The position numbers and the translations under genes were made by a program. Source: Patescibacteria group bacterium (GTDB lineage: Bacteria; Patescibacteriota; Minisyncoccia; UBA6257; 2-01-FULL-56-20). Taken from it: DNA of 64,000 nucleotides. A model generated the notes under the pieces. That model was not told where the DNA came from. It worked only from the letters and a program-made list of their open reading frames with translations, and searched no databases. The stretch is taken from positions 28,325 to 92,324 of the forward strand of contig JAGXBC010000003.1 in assembly GCA_018971305.1 (NCBI GenBank). Direction: 5' to 3'. Numbering within the stretch: the first letter of the stretch is position 1; each line of letters opens with the position of its first letter. Below are positions 27,070-36,822 of this stretch, one piece after another.

Positions 27070-28182
27070 ATGCATCGGCGAATTCCGAAATTTACGGTAT
27101 TTATCCTGGTAATTCAGGTTCTTTTGCTATATCTGCACTGGTTTATCTATTACACGATAATCATTTTTTTGCACATAGAAATACCGTCGACCGTCTTTAT
27201 TCTGCGGGCGATTTTTTCTTTTCTATCGGTCAGTTTCATCTTGTCTTCCGTGCTTGCCTTCAGATACGTAGATTCCTTTATAAGCAGATTCTATTCCTTG
27301 GCGGCCGCCTGGATGGGTTTCTTCTTTTATCTATTTATCGCCAGCTTTCTTTCCTGGATAGGTTTCGTCGTCTCGCCGAACTTGGCGCCTCAATTCGTTA
27401 TCGTATTTTTTACGGCTGCTTGCGCCGTTTCGGTTTATGGCCTTATCAACGCGAACAGGATAAGGGTCACGGAAATTACCGTTCCGCTCAAAAACCTGCC
27501 GCCTTCCTGGAAATCAAGAACGGCGGTTTTCCTGAGCGATTTGCATCTGGGGCAAATAAGGCGGGAAAAGTTTACGGCCCGCGTGGCGAATGCGATCAAT
27601 TCTTTAAATCCGGACATCGTTTTTATCGGAGGAGATTTTTACGACGGCGTCCAGGCAGAAGTGAAAAAAATAACAAGACCGTTCTATGAAGTGAAACCGC
27701 CGATGGGTGTGTGGTTTGTTGCCGGCAATCACGACGAGTTCCGCGATACCGGAGAATATTTTACCGAATTGAGGAATGCCGGAGTCCGTATTTTGGACAA
27801 CGAAATGGTTTTGGTGGACGGCATACAGCTTATAGGCGTCGATTACGGTTCCACGGAACTGAAGCGTGATTATCGCGAGGTGATGAACGGATTGAAAATT
27901 GACCGAGAGAAGCCGAGTATTCTTCTGCGCCACGTGCCCAACCTGACAATAGTTCCGCGCCAAGCCGGTGTTTCTTTCCAGCTTTCCGGACACACGCATA
28001 ACGCTCAGGTTTTTCCGGTCATGCTTCTTACTGAGCTCATTTTTAGGGGGCGCAATTACGGGCTGAAGAAAAGGCACAATTTTCTTTCCTATACTTCAAG
28101 CGGCGTAGGCACTTGGGGTCCGCCGCTTCGTGTAGGAACAAAATCGGAAATAGTCAAAATTTCTTTTATCGAAGCAGACTGA
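27070..28182 (+). CDS. membrane-bound metallophosphoesterase (calcineurin-like)
   Basis: N-terminal TM helices, then LSDLHLG, GGDFYDG, GNHDEF and GHTH motifs. Confidence 0.8.
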   Translation: MHRRIPKFTVFILVIQVLLLYLHWFIYYTIIIFLHIEIPSTVFILRAIFSFLSVSFILSSVLAFRYVDSFISRFYSLAAAWMGFFFYLFIASFLSWIGFVVSPNLAPQFVIVFFTAACAVSVYGLINANRIRVTEITVPLKNLPPSWKSRTAVFLSDLHLGQIRREKFTARVANAINSLNPDIVFIGGDFYDGVQAEVKKITRPFYEVKPPMGVWFVAGNHDEFRDTGEYFTELRNAGVRILDNEMVLVDGIQLIGVDYGSTELKRDYREVMNGLKIDREKPSILLRHVPNLTIVPRQAGVSFQLSGHTHNAQVFPVMLLTELIFRGRNYGLKKRHNFLSYTSSGVGTWGPPLRVGTKSEIVKISFIEAD

Positions 28183-28701
28183 ATAATTTTAGTCGGCAAG
28201 AGCTGCTAAGATATCCGGTTTTAGGGAGACAAAATTTTAAATTTCGGGGAATTGTATAATAAACAAGGTCAGCTTGGAGGGGAGGCTGGCGGCAACTATC
28301 GATTGGTGTGACGAGGGAGGATTGGTCATACAGACCCCGCATCGCTTTTTAATAAAGGGGCGCTAGCGGGAGCTATCGTCGTTGGTGTGCACCTAGACGA
28401 AGCATTTATTCATAACTTTAAGGAAATAATCGGGGATTTCATCCCGCTAAAAAATATTGATGATCAATCTGTGGCAACGCTGGCTATTACCACTTCTCCG
28501 GACAGGTCTTGGGCGAAAGCGAGGCCACCAATCGTTCCGCCCTCCTTATTGTTTTAATCTTCGCCCTGATTCTTGTTCTGCCTCTGTATCGTTTTACTGT
28601 TTTACTTACGGAATAAACATCTCATCACTTATTTTCCGTTTTATAGGAGGCCTGGGTATCTATAGTCTTATCTTCTAGTGGGAGCCTGATAAAATAATCT
28701 T
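28183..28701 (+). other. 519-nt ORF-poor intergenic region with extended -10 promoter (TGTATAAT at 28253-28260) and internal direct repeats; candidate structured ncRNA
   Basis: Two copies of a 'CTATCG-N3-TTGGTGTG' motif at about 28296 and 28366. Only junk-like ORFs. Confidence 0.25.
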
Positions 28702-28953
28702 ATGAGTAAAAAAGAAATTGTCGATGGGGTAGCGCATAAAATACCAGCGGATTTAGGACAAGCCCTTATCTCCGACCCGGCCGCACGGGCAAAATGGGAG
28801 GACATTACACCGCTGGCACGCAATGAATGGATCTGCTGGGTTATCTCTGTCAAGAAACCGGAAACCAGAAGGCAACACGTCCTCAGAGTGCGCACGGAGC
28901 TCAAAGAAGGAATGCGGCGGCCCTGTTGTTGGGCCGGCTGTATTCATCGTTGA
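28702..28953 (+). CDS. YdeI/OmpD-associated family protein (DUF1801-like)
   Basis: ...ARNEWICWVISVKKPETRRQHVLRV..L..G.RRPCC is the C-terminal signature of the family. Confidence 0.55.
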   Translation: MSKKEIVDGVAHKIPADLGQALISDPAARAKWEDITPLARNEWICWVISVKKPETRRQHVLRVRTELKEGMRRPCCWAGCIHR

Positions 28954-29054
28954 AACAGAAGAAGATTTTAATCCGAACCTATCTCAAGGTGGCCCCGCTG
29001 TCGCTTCGCTCAGACGGGGCACTGTAAATTTCTAAGCTCATTCTTCGCTAATAA

Positions 29055-29125
29055 ATTTATAGTGCTGGGGGGCTTGGAATCGGACCAAGATTCACGGCTT
29101 CAAAGGCCGCTGTCCTACCGTTAGA
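29055..29125 (-). tRNA. tRNA-Gln (anticodon TTG)
   Basis: Reverse complement folds as a cloverleaf: U1:A72 acceptor TGGGGGG/CCCCCCA, anticodon loop CTTTGAA. Confidence 0.7.
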
Positions 29126-29163
29126 CGACCCCCCAATCGTTGCGCTATACTAATTTAGTATAA

Positions 29164-29706
29164 ATGAGAAACAAGCGCAATAAAAATAGTGGGTGGGTCA
29201 TTTTTATTTTAGTGATGGTAACTTTCGGAATGCTCGGTTTGGGCGGGGTTTTTTCGGCCATCATACCCACTCAACCCGCACAGAATCAAACCCCCGATAA
29301 TCAACAGAATTCCAATGCTTCGTCCTCACGTGAACTGGCTCTGAGCTGCACATCCGATACGCTTACGCAGTTTCATATACACCCAACTCTTACGATAATC
29401 GCAAACGGCGTTAAGCAAACGATTCCTGCGAATATCGGCATTACCGCCGATTGTCTTCGCGTGATTCACACTCACGACGACACCGGTGTCATTCACGTTG
29501 AATCGCCGCAGGCCGAAAATTTCACGCTGGGAGATTTTTTCGCAGTTTGGGGTAAGGTGTTCAACCAAGGCCAAGTTTTGGACTATAAGGCAGACGCAGG
29601 CCATGAGATAGTTATGACCGTGGACGGCAAGCCGAGCACGGAGTACGAGAATTTAATCTTAAAAGACGGACAGAAGATAGTTGTTGAATATAAGAATAGA
29701 CAGTAG
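29164..29706 (+). CDS. membrane-anchored His-rich extracellular protein (hypothetical)
   Basis: N-terminal TM, Q/N-rich linker, then HIHP...VIHTHDD...IHVE. Confidence 0.5.
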   Translation: MRNKRNKNSGWVIFILVMVTFGMLGLGGVFSAIIPTQPAQNQTPDNQQNSNASSSRELALSCTSDTLTQFHIHPTLTIIANGVKQTIPANIGITADCLRVIHTHDDTGVIHVESPQAENFTLGDFFAVWGKVFNQGQVLDYKADAGHEIVMTVDGKPSTEYENLILKDGQKIVVEYKNRQ

Positions 29707-29769
29707 GAAGTAAGGGATAGAAAGCACGAAGCGAAGAGCAATCGTTGAAAAACGTGTTAAAATTTTATA

Positions 29770-30120
29770 ATGGACATCAAGATAATTAAGGACCCGATTA
29801 AAAGAAACGAGCTCGCAGAAATGGCGCGCGTCGGATTCGGTGATATCGTTAAGGCGGTAGTGGACATAAAACAAGAAATTATGGCGGTCGGAGGCGAATT
29901 GCATGCCGACGAAGAGGTTTTACTTTCAGAACAACAGAAATCGGGAAGAGAAAATACATGGGGAATAAATTTATATCCAGAAATATCCGGGGAAGAATGG
30001 ATAGAATTTGATTCCATGATAAATCTAAAGCCCGCCGCTGGAAATCGTTCCCGCGGAGTTGAAGATATTAATATTCAAAAGAAAATCAGAGAGATCGTCG
30101 GGAAATTAATTGAGGAATAA
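29770..30120 (+). CDS. hypothetical protein (116 aa)
   Basis: Clean ORF. Stop abuts the start of the next gene, suggesting an operon. Confidence 0.5.
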   Translation: MDIKIIKDPIKRNELAEMARVGFGDIVKAVVDIKQEIMAVGGELHADEEVLLSEQQKSGRENTWGINLYPEISGEEWIEFDSMINLKPAAGNRSRGVEDINIQKKIREIVGKLIEE

Positions 30121-30122
30121 TT

Positions 30123-30464
30123 ATGCCCAAGACACTGTTTCTTCATAAAGAATTGGCAGCCGGCCGATGGTCTGAATTTTCCCTCAAAGAACAGCTTGGC
30201 AATATCGGTAGCGAGGTTTCCCGCGCCAAAAATTGGCAGGGAAAAAACGAAAAGTTGTTTCGGGGCGCAGTGGAACGAGCGTTGGAGCTTTTTGACTTAA
30301 CTCTGGCAGATCCGCGCTGGAGGGGGCGGTACAGGGAAGTTGCTAGGGCCCGAGAAGTTTTCTGCGATGCTGTCTATGGCGGAAAATTATATAAAAGTTC
30401 TCTTGAGGAGTTAGTGCAATACTTTGACCATTTCGCTTTATCCGCTAGAAACGTCGGTTATTGA
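30123..30464 (+). CDS. MazG-like nucleotide pyrophosphohydrolase-like protein (tentative)
   Basis: All-helical 113 aa with an LKEQLGNIGSEVSRA acidic motif reminiscent of the MazG EExxE helices. Confidence 0.35.
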   Translation: MPKTLFLHKELAAGRWSEFSLKEQLGNIGSEVSRAKNWQGKNEKLFRGAVERALELFDLTLADPRWRGRYREVARAREVFCDAVYGGKLYKSSLEELVQYFDHFALSARNVGY

Positions 30465-30557
30465 TATTCAATTTCAGATATGGCAAGTTGTTTTCGCCTA
30501 ATCAGGTAATTCACAGGGTGGGGAGTTTTTTTCTGTTTAAGGTGTTAAAATAAGTTC

Positions 30558-32177
30558 ATGGAGGCCTCTAACGAAAAAAGAAACGCGAGGCGTTTTTCCG
30601 ATGTTCACCATTCAAGGAAGAAAGGATGGAGAGCTTGGTTTAATTTTCTGGGGAAACACGGGAAAACCGTTAATTTAAAGCCGCCATTTTATAAGAGATA
30701 CCCAGTAGTCGCCGGTTTTATTGTCGTCTTGGCCGTTGTTTCCGTTTTCGGAGCCAAGAGATTGTTTACGCGGGCGGAAGTTGCGGATTTTTACCCCTCA
30801 AACTGTCTCGGTTCTTGGCAGGGTCCGCAAAACGCCCAGGGCAAGCCGGAGATGCTCGCACCCATATCCACCTCCACGATTTTCGGAGAAGATAATTCCG
30901 CTGTTTTCAATTCCGGCACGGGGCAGATTTTCTGCGGAGGTTTCTTGCCCGGCAATTACGCTTCTTCGAGCGATATAAAAAGCGTTGGTCTTACTTTCGT
31001 CTGGCAAGTGGGGGAGCCGTCGGCAACCTCAACTTTTCCCCAGGGAGCCCTAATCACAACCTCAACAATTTCTACGTCTACTTCTGCGAGCGCGGATACG
31101 GCGACTGGTACGGATCAAGTAACTCAGGTTGTAGGGCAGGGTGCTGCATTAGAGCAGGGGAGCAGCACCGATGTACAACAGACCGCCCCGGCCGATTCCA
31201 GCGCGACGACTCCTGCGGATTCCGGCGGGGCAATTCCTCCGCAACAGATAAATCCGGAGCCAGTTCCGCCGACAAATTCCAGCGATACCACTTCCACGAC
31301 ATCGTTTTTATACAATTTACGAGGTTTATTATTTAATGTAGCTTTCGCTCAATCTGATTCAACAAGTTCACCGCAGGTAACGAGCGATACTATTCCGGTT
31401 GCGAACGATACAACAACAACCGTTAGTAAGCCGCAAAATATTTCAACGCCAGCTTCGCCGTCTCCATCCAACGAAACGACGACGGTATCAGAACAGGTAA
31501 CGCAGAAAGCGGGACAACAAACACAGAGCACAAAACAAGGAACACAGAACATAGAGCAAGCGACAACGACCGGTGCGGAACCATCAACGACCATAATTAT
31601 CGGCCCGACCATCACGGCGTCCCTCACCCCGCTTACTACTTCCACCGACGCTTCGGGAACATATGTGATTATGAATGCAACTGATACTCTTGCTACGGGA
31701 ACCGAGCCCGTTGTTCCGCCGCCCGCTCCAGACGAAAACTTCCTGAAGATAAGTTATAGCACCGATGGCCAGACCTGGACGGAGATAGCAAAAGTGAACG
31801 ATAATAACTGGCAGAATTTTACCGTTACCCTGCCTATTAATAATTGGGAAATCTTGAAGAAATTACAGATACAAGTGGAAGGAATTCCCACAACCCTTAA
31901 CCCCACCCCCAAGGTTTATCTGGATGGAATGTTTGCCGAAGTCCATTACGAGCTTTCTCCGGAATTCGCCGCCGCTCTGAGCGGCGATCAATCCCTGGAT
32001 GGCCAAAATTCTTCTTCAAGCGTTACCACAACTACTATTGGAGGGGTTACGGTAATCGTTCTCCCGCCATCGCAAAAGCCGGTATCCGACAATCCGAAGC
32101 AGCAGGATACATTCCGTGCCGACCAAACACCGCAATTCAATTTTGATCTGAATTCTATATCGGTTCCGGGGCAGTAA
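30558..32177 (+). CDS. membrane-anchored Ser/Thr-rich low-complexity surface protein
   Basis: TM at residues about 50-70, long S/T/P/Q-rich middle, globular C-terminal domain. Confidence 0.5.
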   Translation: MEASNEKRNARRFSDVHHSRKKGWRAWFNFLGKHGKTVNLKPPFYKRYPVVAGFIVVLAVVSVFGAKRLFTRAEVADFYPSNCLGSWQGPQNAQGKPEMLAPISTSTIFGEDNSAVFNSGTGQIFCGGFLPGNYASSSDIKSVGLTFVWQVGEPSATSTFPQGALITTSTISTSTSASADTATGTDQVTQVVGQGAALEQGSSTDVQQTAPADSSATTPADSGGAIPPQQINPEPVPPTNSSDTTSTTSFLYNLRGLLFNVAFAQSDSTSSPQVTSDTIPVANDTTTTVSKPQNISTPASPSPSNETTTVSEQVTQKAGQQTQSTKQGTQNIEQATTTGAEPSTTIIIGPTITASLTPLTTSTDASGTYVIMNATDTLATGTEPVVPPPAPDENFLKISYSTDGQTWTEIAKVNDNNWQNFTVTLPINNWEILKKLQIQVEGIPTTLNPTPKVYLDGMFAEVHYELSPEFAAALSGDQSLDGQNSSSSVTTTTIGGVTVIVLPPSQKPVSDNPKQQDTFRADQTPQFNFDLNSISVPGQ

Positions 32178-32247
32178 GTCGCTCAAATCCGATTTTCGGA
32201 AAATTTACAGGAGCGCGGCACCTTAAATTACCCGAAGGCGGCATTTT

Positions 32248-32844
32248 TTGACGCAGGGAAACGTTTTTAAGCACAAACTCGGCCGAAATGTTAAAATTCA
32301 AGAAATGATTTCCAGAGAAAATAATTTCGCGTTTATAGACAGTCAAAATCTTAATCTCGGCATTCGCGTTCAAGGTTGGGAGCTTGATTTCGCGCGGTTT
32401 CGTATATATCTCAAAGACAAATACAGTATTACCAAAGCGTTCCTTTGTATCGGTTATGTGAAGGGCAACGAAGGTCTATACAAATATCTTCAAGAGAGCG
32501 GGTACATTTGTGTTTTTAAGCCGACTCTTGAGTTACCCGACGGGGACGTAAAGGGCAACGTTGATGCTGAGCTTGTCTTATATACCATGATGCATATCAA
32601 TGATTTCGACCGCGCGCTCATTATTAGCGGCGATGGAGATTTTCACTGCCTTATTGAGCACCTCTTGGAACAGAAAAAACTGCTTGTGTTTATGGTGCCC
32701 AACAGAAAAAAATATTCAGGCCTATTGAAGCGGAAAGATTTTTTGCCACATACTCGATTCGTTGCCGATATCAGAAATATGGTCCAAAAAAAGAAAGACC
32801 CCGACGAGGACAAAACCTTGTCAGGGCACCCTTTCCGTTCGTGA
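32248..32844 (+). CDS. NYN-domain (LabA-like) putative ribonuclease
   Basis: AFIDSQNL...VDAELVLYTM...LIISGDGDF is the NYN/PIN-like signature. Confidence 0.7.
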   Translation: MTQGNVFKHKLGRNVKIQEMISRENNFAFIDSQNLNLGIRVQGWELDFARFRIYLKDKYSITKAFLCIGYVKGNEGLYKYLQESGYICVFKPTLELPDGDVKGNVDAELVLYTMMHINDFDRALIISGDGDFHCLIEHLLEQKKLLVFMVPNRKKYSGLLKRKDFLPHTRFVADIRNMVQKKKDPDEDKTLSGHPFRS

Positions 32845-32872
32845 TAACTATATTGTAGTAAAACCCCATAAC

Positions 32873-35800
32873 ATGTCAAGAGCTAAGCTGTGCATAGCAA
32901 AAATTCGCGGATGGGCTCGCCGGGCACCCGGCAGCAGACGTCGCGGAGAAATTTTAGCCTGCGTGACACTTGCTATTGTGGTTTCGGTGCTTGCGATATT
33001 GGTAACCGTAAAATTTTCCCCGGTTGTGAGAGCGCAAATTTCCCAAAGCGAACTGCCTACTCCGCAAAACTTAGTTGTCGCGAAAATCATAGACCCGGTA
33101 GGGAGATTAACGAACCTGCAGCCGCTTATAATTATCGCCAATAATCAGTTGCACGTGAGCGTTCCCGAGCCGAAATTCAGTTTCCGCCCGGGGAAATATA
33201 AACTGGAGCTTTGGATCTGGCAGGGCGGAAACATTTATTACACGGAAAATGATTTTAGCTGGGGAGTGCTCGCGGTAAATTTCAATAAATCAATCTATAA
33301 CCTCGGCGATAAGTCCAAAATCGGCCTCGCAGTTCTGGACGACCAAGGACATACTATTTGCAATGCTGATATGGATATGAATATCGTCTCGCCTTCCGGA
33401 AAAACATCGTATTTTTCAACGCAAGACAAAACCATTTCGCACAATCTCTCTTGCGGTCCGGGAAGCGTCACTAACGACCCGGACTATTCGGCCACAATTC
33501 TTGCCGGAGAAGTCGGAACTTATAATGTTTCTGTTACGGCGAGAACCGCTAACGGTACGAGGCAGATTTCCGATAAGTTTGAAGTGCAGAATCCGCCGAT
33601 GTTTGACGTGGAGCGCAACGCCCCGACAAGAATTTTCCCCCCGGCAACTTATAAGGTTTCCATTGCCGTAAAGGCGAACGATAATTTCCACGGAAATATC
33701 ACGGAAACTGTTCCTGGAACTTTTGATGTTACTGCTTCTAGTGCCGAGACGACGCTTGTCAAATCTTCTGGCTCTCCTACCTTGGATACAAAAATCATTT
33801 CTTGGCCTGTAAATTTAAAAAAAGGAGATTCTGTATCTTTAACCTATTCTTTCAAGGCTCCGGATGTGAGTCCGGAACTCTATAAATTGGGGCCGCTTCA
33901 GATCGGCAATTGGAGCGAAGCTCGGCAGTGGCAGGTGGCGGCGGACTCGGTGGCGAACACGGTTATTTTTATCACCTCGCTTGCTTCCACAACCTGGCAG
34001 GTTCCTAATGATTGGAACAATACTTCCAACACCATTGAGCTTATTGCCGGCGGCGGTGGTGGTGCTACGAACAGCGGGACTGGCGGCTCGTCAAACCGCG
34101 GAGGCGCCGCGGGCGGCGGTGGCGCTTATGCCATGATTACCAATTTTTCCACTTCTACTGGCAATCTCGTCAAAATTGGAGTTGGTACAGGGGGAGCCGC
34201 GCAAGCTACCGGCACTCTTACGTATTTCAACTGGAGCGGCGGTGGCACTACCTCTACTTGCAGTGGAACAACCATGCAATTATGCGCTATGGGCGGCGGC
34301 CGGGCTGTAACAGGTAACCCGGGCAGTTTCGGTACCGGAGGCGCGAGCTCAACAAGCGTTGGAACTGTCAAGTATGGCGGTGGTCCTGGTGGCGCTGATG
34401 CGTTGAGCAAGACAGCCGGAGCAGGCGGCGGCGGCGCCGGCGGTCCGAGCGGAGACGGCCAAGGCGGTACTAATACAACTATTGGAACTGGCGGAGCTGG
34501 AGATGCCGGTGTCGCTGCTGGCGGTACGGGAGGTTTAACGGGAACCAACCCGGGCGGTACCGGCGGTCCGGGTTCGGAGTGGACTTCCAATCCCGGTGGT
34601 GTGAGCGGCGGTTCCGGCGGCGGCGGCGGCGGATCCACGGGCAACTCAAGTACCGGCGGTACCGGAGGTAACTACGGCGGCGGCGGAGGAGGCGGTAGGA
34701 GCTCCGGCGGCGCCGGAGGCGTTGGCCAGCAAGGCATCATAGTCATCACCTATACGCCTTCAACTATTACTATGGCCGATGGCACGCAACCCGCTAACGT
34801 AACCGTTGGCCCTGGCGCGAATGCCACAACGAGCGCGGTTTTTACTTTAGTAACGAACAACAATACTGTTACGAGTTCCATTACAAGTATTGACGTGAAT
34901 ATCGCGACGACCACCGGCGTTTTCCAGGTGCAGATTGCCGATAACGCCGGGACGACTATTTACGGCTCAAGCACTAATCCGGGTTCCACCTCGCTTACGA
35001 TCAATACGACAAATATGGTTGTTTCCACAACAACTCTTACTTTTCGCACAATGATCAAACCGCTTGACGCGACTTCCATGCCCACGACTCCAGTGAGCGG
35101 CGCGGGCGCGGTGGGCGGTACTTACGTGGTTACCTCCACGCTCCCCGGAACTTTCACCGATAACAAAAGCTGGGATCATGCCGGCGCTAACACCACATCT
35201 TCCATTATCACCATAGACAACCTTTCGCCGGCGGACGTCACGAACGCTTCCGGCACTGTGGCCAGCAGCAGCGTGGCTTTTACCTGGAATAATCCAGGTG
35301 ATACGGATTTTGCGACGACGACCATAGTGCGGGCAACATCATCAATTTCCATAATTCCCACCGAAGGAACATATTATACTGTCGGACAAACCCTTAACGC
35401 CACAACCACTGTTGTCTGCGTTGTCGCCTCAAGCAGCGCTTCCAATTGCACCGATAGCGGCCTTACTGCCGGCACGACATATTACTATATGATTTTTACC
35501 GCGGACAATTACCTCAACTATTCTTCGGGGACCGTGCCGACGAACAATCCTTTTACGCCGAGCAATAACCAGCCGCCGACAGTTTCCGCCGTTTCTTTAA
35601 ACCACGGCAACGCCATAACTCTGACTCCGAACGCCACGACTTCTTTTGACCTGAACTGGAGCGTTTCCGACCCCGACGGATGCGCGAACATTAATACGAA
35701 CACCGCCACCTCCACGGCTTTCCGCCTCGGCGTCAAATCCACTTGCGCCGTTCCCGGCCCGACAACGAGCAGTTTGAGTTGCTATCTTTATCTGACGCGG

Positions 35801-36385
35801 ACGACATCCACCTGTTCCGGCACGACAATCAACACTACCGACACCGTGGGAATTTATTACTTCGCCGATTCCACGGGCAACAATTCTTCCACTTATCCAT
35901 CCGACCATTGGGAAGCGTTCGCTCTCGCAAGTGATGCCGCGGGCGCCACCTCCAGCGCGACCTCCACCAACGTGGACATCAATGTTCTTTCCGCGGTGAA
36001 CGTCACAACTTCCTCCATTGACTATTCAACGGTTACGGCTTCTTCCACGAGTGCCGAGCAGATTGCCACAACGACGAATGCCGGCAACTCCACAACCTCC
36101 ATTCAGCTTTACGCTTTGAGTACGCTCTCGTGTTCCAGCGGCGGCTGCAACGGCACTTCCATCACGACGAGCTCTCAGCACTACGCGAGCTCAACGGGAG
36201 CATCGTTTGATAGTACCGTCGCCCTGACCGATTCCCCGGTTACCCTAACCGGCATTAAACTGAAAACTCCCACAAGCACCGTAAATGTTTCCCAAGGCAC
36301 TTTCTGGTTCCTGAACGTTCCGGCCGGAACCGCAACAGGAACTTTCAGCGGCACGAACGTTTTCTCGCCGGCGTGGAGCCCATAA
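32873..36385 (+). CDS. giant (1,170 aa) membrane-anchored surface protein with central glycine-rich (ALK/Gly_rich-like) domain and C-terminal 4-Cys domain
   Basis: ATG at 32873 (MSRAKLC) followed by a TM segment. Residues about 400-620 are poly-G blocks alternating with beta strands (IELIAGGGGGA...GGAAGGGGAY...IIVITYTP). The last 320 aa are paralogous to gene 36920-37885. Confidence 0.7.
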   Translation: MSRAKLCIAKIRGWARRAPGSRRRGEILACVTLAIVVSVLAILVTVKFSPVVRAQISQSELPTPQNLVVAKIIDPVGRLTNLQPLIIIANNQLHVSVPEPKFSFRPGKYKLELWIWQGGNIYYTENDFSWGVLAVNFNKSIYNLGDKSKIGLAVLDDQGHTICNADMDMNIVSPSGKTSYFSTQDKTISHNLSCGPGSVTNDPDYSATILAGEVGTYNVSVTARTANGTRQISDKFEVQNPPMFDVERNAPTRIFPPATYKVSIAVKANDNFHGNITETVPGTFDVTASSAETTLVKSSGSPTLDTKIISWPVNLKKGDSVSLTYSFKAPDVSPELYKLGPLQIGNWSEARQWQVAADSVANTVIFITSLASTTWQVPNDWNNTSNTIELIAGGGGGATNSGTGGSSNRGGAAGGGGAYAMITNFSTSTGNLVKIGVGTGGAAQATGTLTYFNWSGGGTTSTCSGTTMQLCAMGGGRAVTGNPGSFGTGGASSTSVGTVKYGGGPGGADALSKTAGAGGGGAGGPSGDGQGGTNTTIGTGGAGDAGVAAGGTGGLTGTNPGGTGGPGSEWTSNPGGVSGGSGGGGGGSTGNSSTGGTGGNYGGGGGGGRSSGGAGGVGQQGIIVITYTPSTITMADGTQPANVTVGPGANATTSAVFTLVTNNNTVTSSITSIDVNIATTTGVFQVQIADNAGTTIYGSSTNPGSTSLTINTTNMVVSTTTLTFRTMIKPLDATSMPTTPVSGAGAVGGTYVVTSTLPGTFTDNKSWDHAGANTTSSIITIDNLSPADVTNASGTVASSSVAFTWNNPGDTDFATTTIVRATSSISIIPTEGTYYTVGQTLNATTTVVCVVASSSASNCTDSGLTAGTTYYYMIFTADNYLNYSSGTVPTNNPFTPSNNQPPTVSAVSLNHGNAITLTPNATTSFDLNWSVSDPDGCANINTNTATSTAFRLGVKSTCAVPGPTTSSLSCYLYLTRTTSTCSGTTINTTDTVGIYYFADSTGNNSSTYPSDHWEAFALASDAAGATSSATSTNVDINVLSAVNVTTSSIDYSTVTASSTSAEQIATTTNAGNSTTSIQLYALSTLSCSSGGCNGTSITTSSQHYASSTGASFDSTVALTDSPVTLTGIKLKTPTSTVNVSQGTFWFLNVPAGTATGTFSGTNVFSPAWSP

Positions 36386-36387
36386 AT

Positions 36388-36440
36388 GTAGAATTTTCAA
36401 TTATCAATTTTCAATTTACAATGAATTTTTAATTTTTAAC
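36388..36440. repeat. left inverted repeat of CAATTTTCAA-type units flanking the four-helix-bundle gene
   Basis: ttttcaattatcaattttcaatttacaatg. The reverse-complement units reappear at 36823-36855. Confidence 0.5.
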
Positions 36441-36445
36441 TATTA

Positions 36446-36796
36446 ATGATGAGCAGTAAATATAATTTAGAAGAACGAACCGCAAAATTCGGAGAAAACA
36501 CTATAGAGTTTTGTAAAAGTGTTAAGCAAGACACGATTAGCAGACCAATCATCAGCCAACTTATTAGATCGGCGACCAGCATCGGTGCAAATTATTGCGA
36601 AGCCAATAACGCCAGCTCAAAAAAGGACTTCAAAAATAAAATATTTATTTGTAAAAAAGAATGTCAAGAAACGAAGCATTGGTTGCGAATGATTACGCAA
36701 TGCGCGCCAGAACAAAAAGAAAAAATTGCAGCGCTATGGCAAGAATGCCAAGAATTAACAATGATTTTTCAGAAGATTATTTCCTCGTCTAGCTAA
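36446..36796 (+). CDS. four-helix-bundle protein (23S rRNA intervening-sequence protein family)
   Basis: ...SIGANYCEANNASSKKDFKNKIFICKKECQETKHWL is the family signature. Confidence 0.8.
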   Translation: MMSSKYNLEERTAKFGENTIEFCKSVKQDTISRPIISQLIRSATSIGANYCEANNASSKKDFKNKIFICKKECQETKHWLRMITQCAPEQKEKIAALWQECQELTMIFQKIISSSS

Positions 36797-36822
36797 ATGT
36801 GCGGCATTACTCCTAAATAACG

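Noticed and set aside
27042-27689. 215-aa plus-strand ORF overlapping the metallophosphoesterase gene in another frame
   Set aside because: The overlapping frame 27070-28182 carries all calcineurin-like phosphoesterase motifs. This frame gives an Arg/Phe-rich product with no features.
28183-28701. Possible tmRNA or RNase P RNA in the long intergenic region
   Set aside because: I looked for the tmRNA 5' GGGG..GAUUCGAC / 3' T-arm-CCA and a resume-codon tag ORF, and for the RNase P P4 strands (GGAAAGUCCGG / ACAGAAxCCGGCUUA). None is present convincingly. It is kept only as an unclassified candidate ncRNA.
34126-34644. Proline-rich 172-aa minus-strand ORF
   Set aside because: It is the antisense reading of the GGN-rich glycine block of the giant surface protein (GGC/GGT read backwards gives CCN = Pro). 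It is an artefact of the sense-strand repeat composition.
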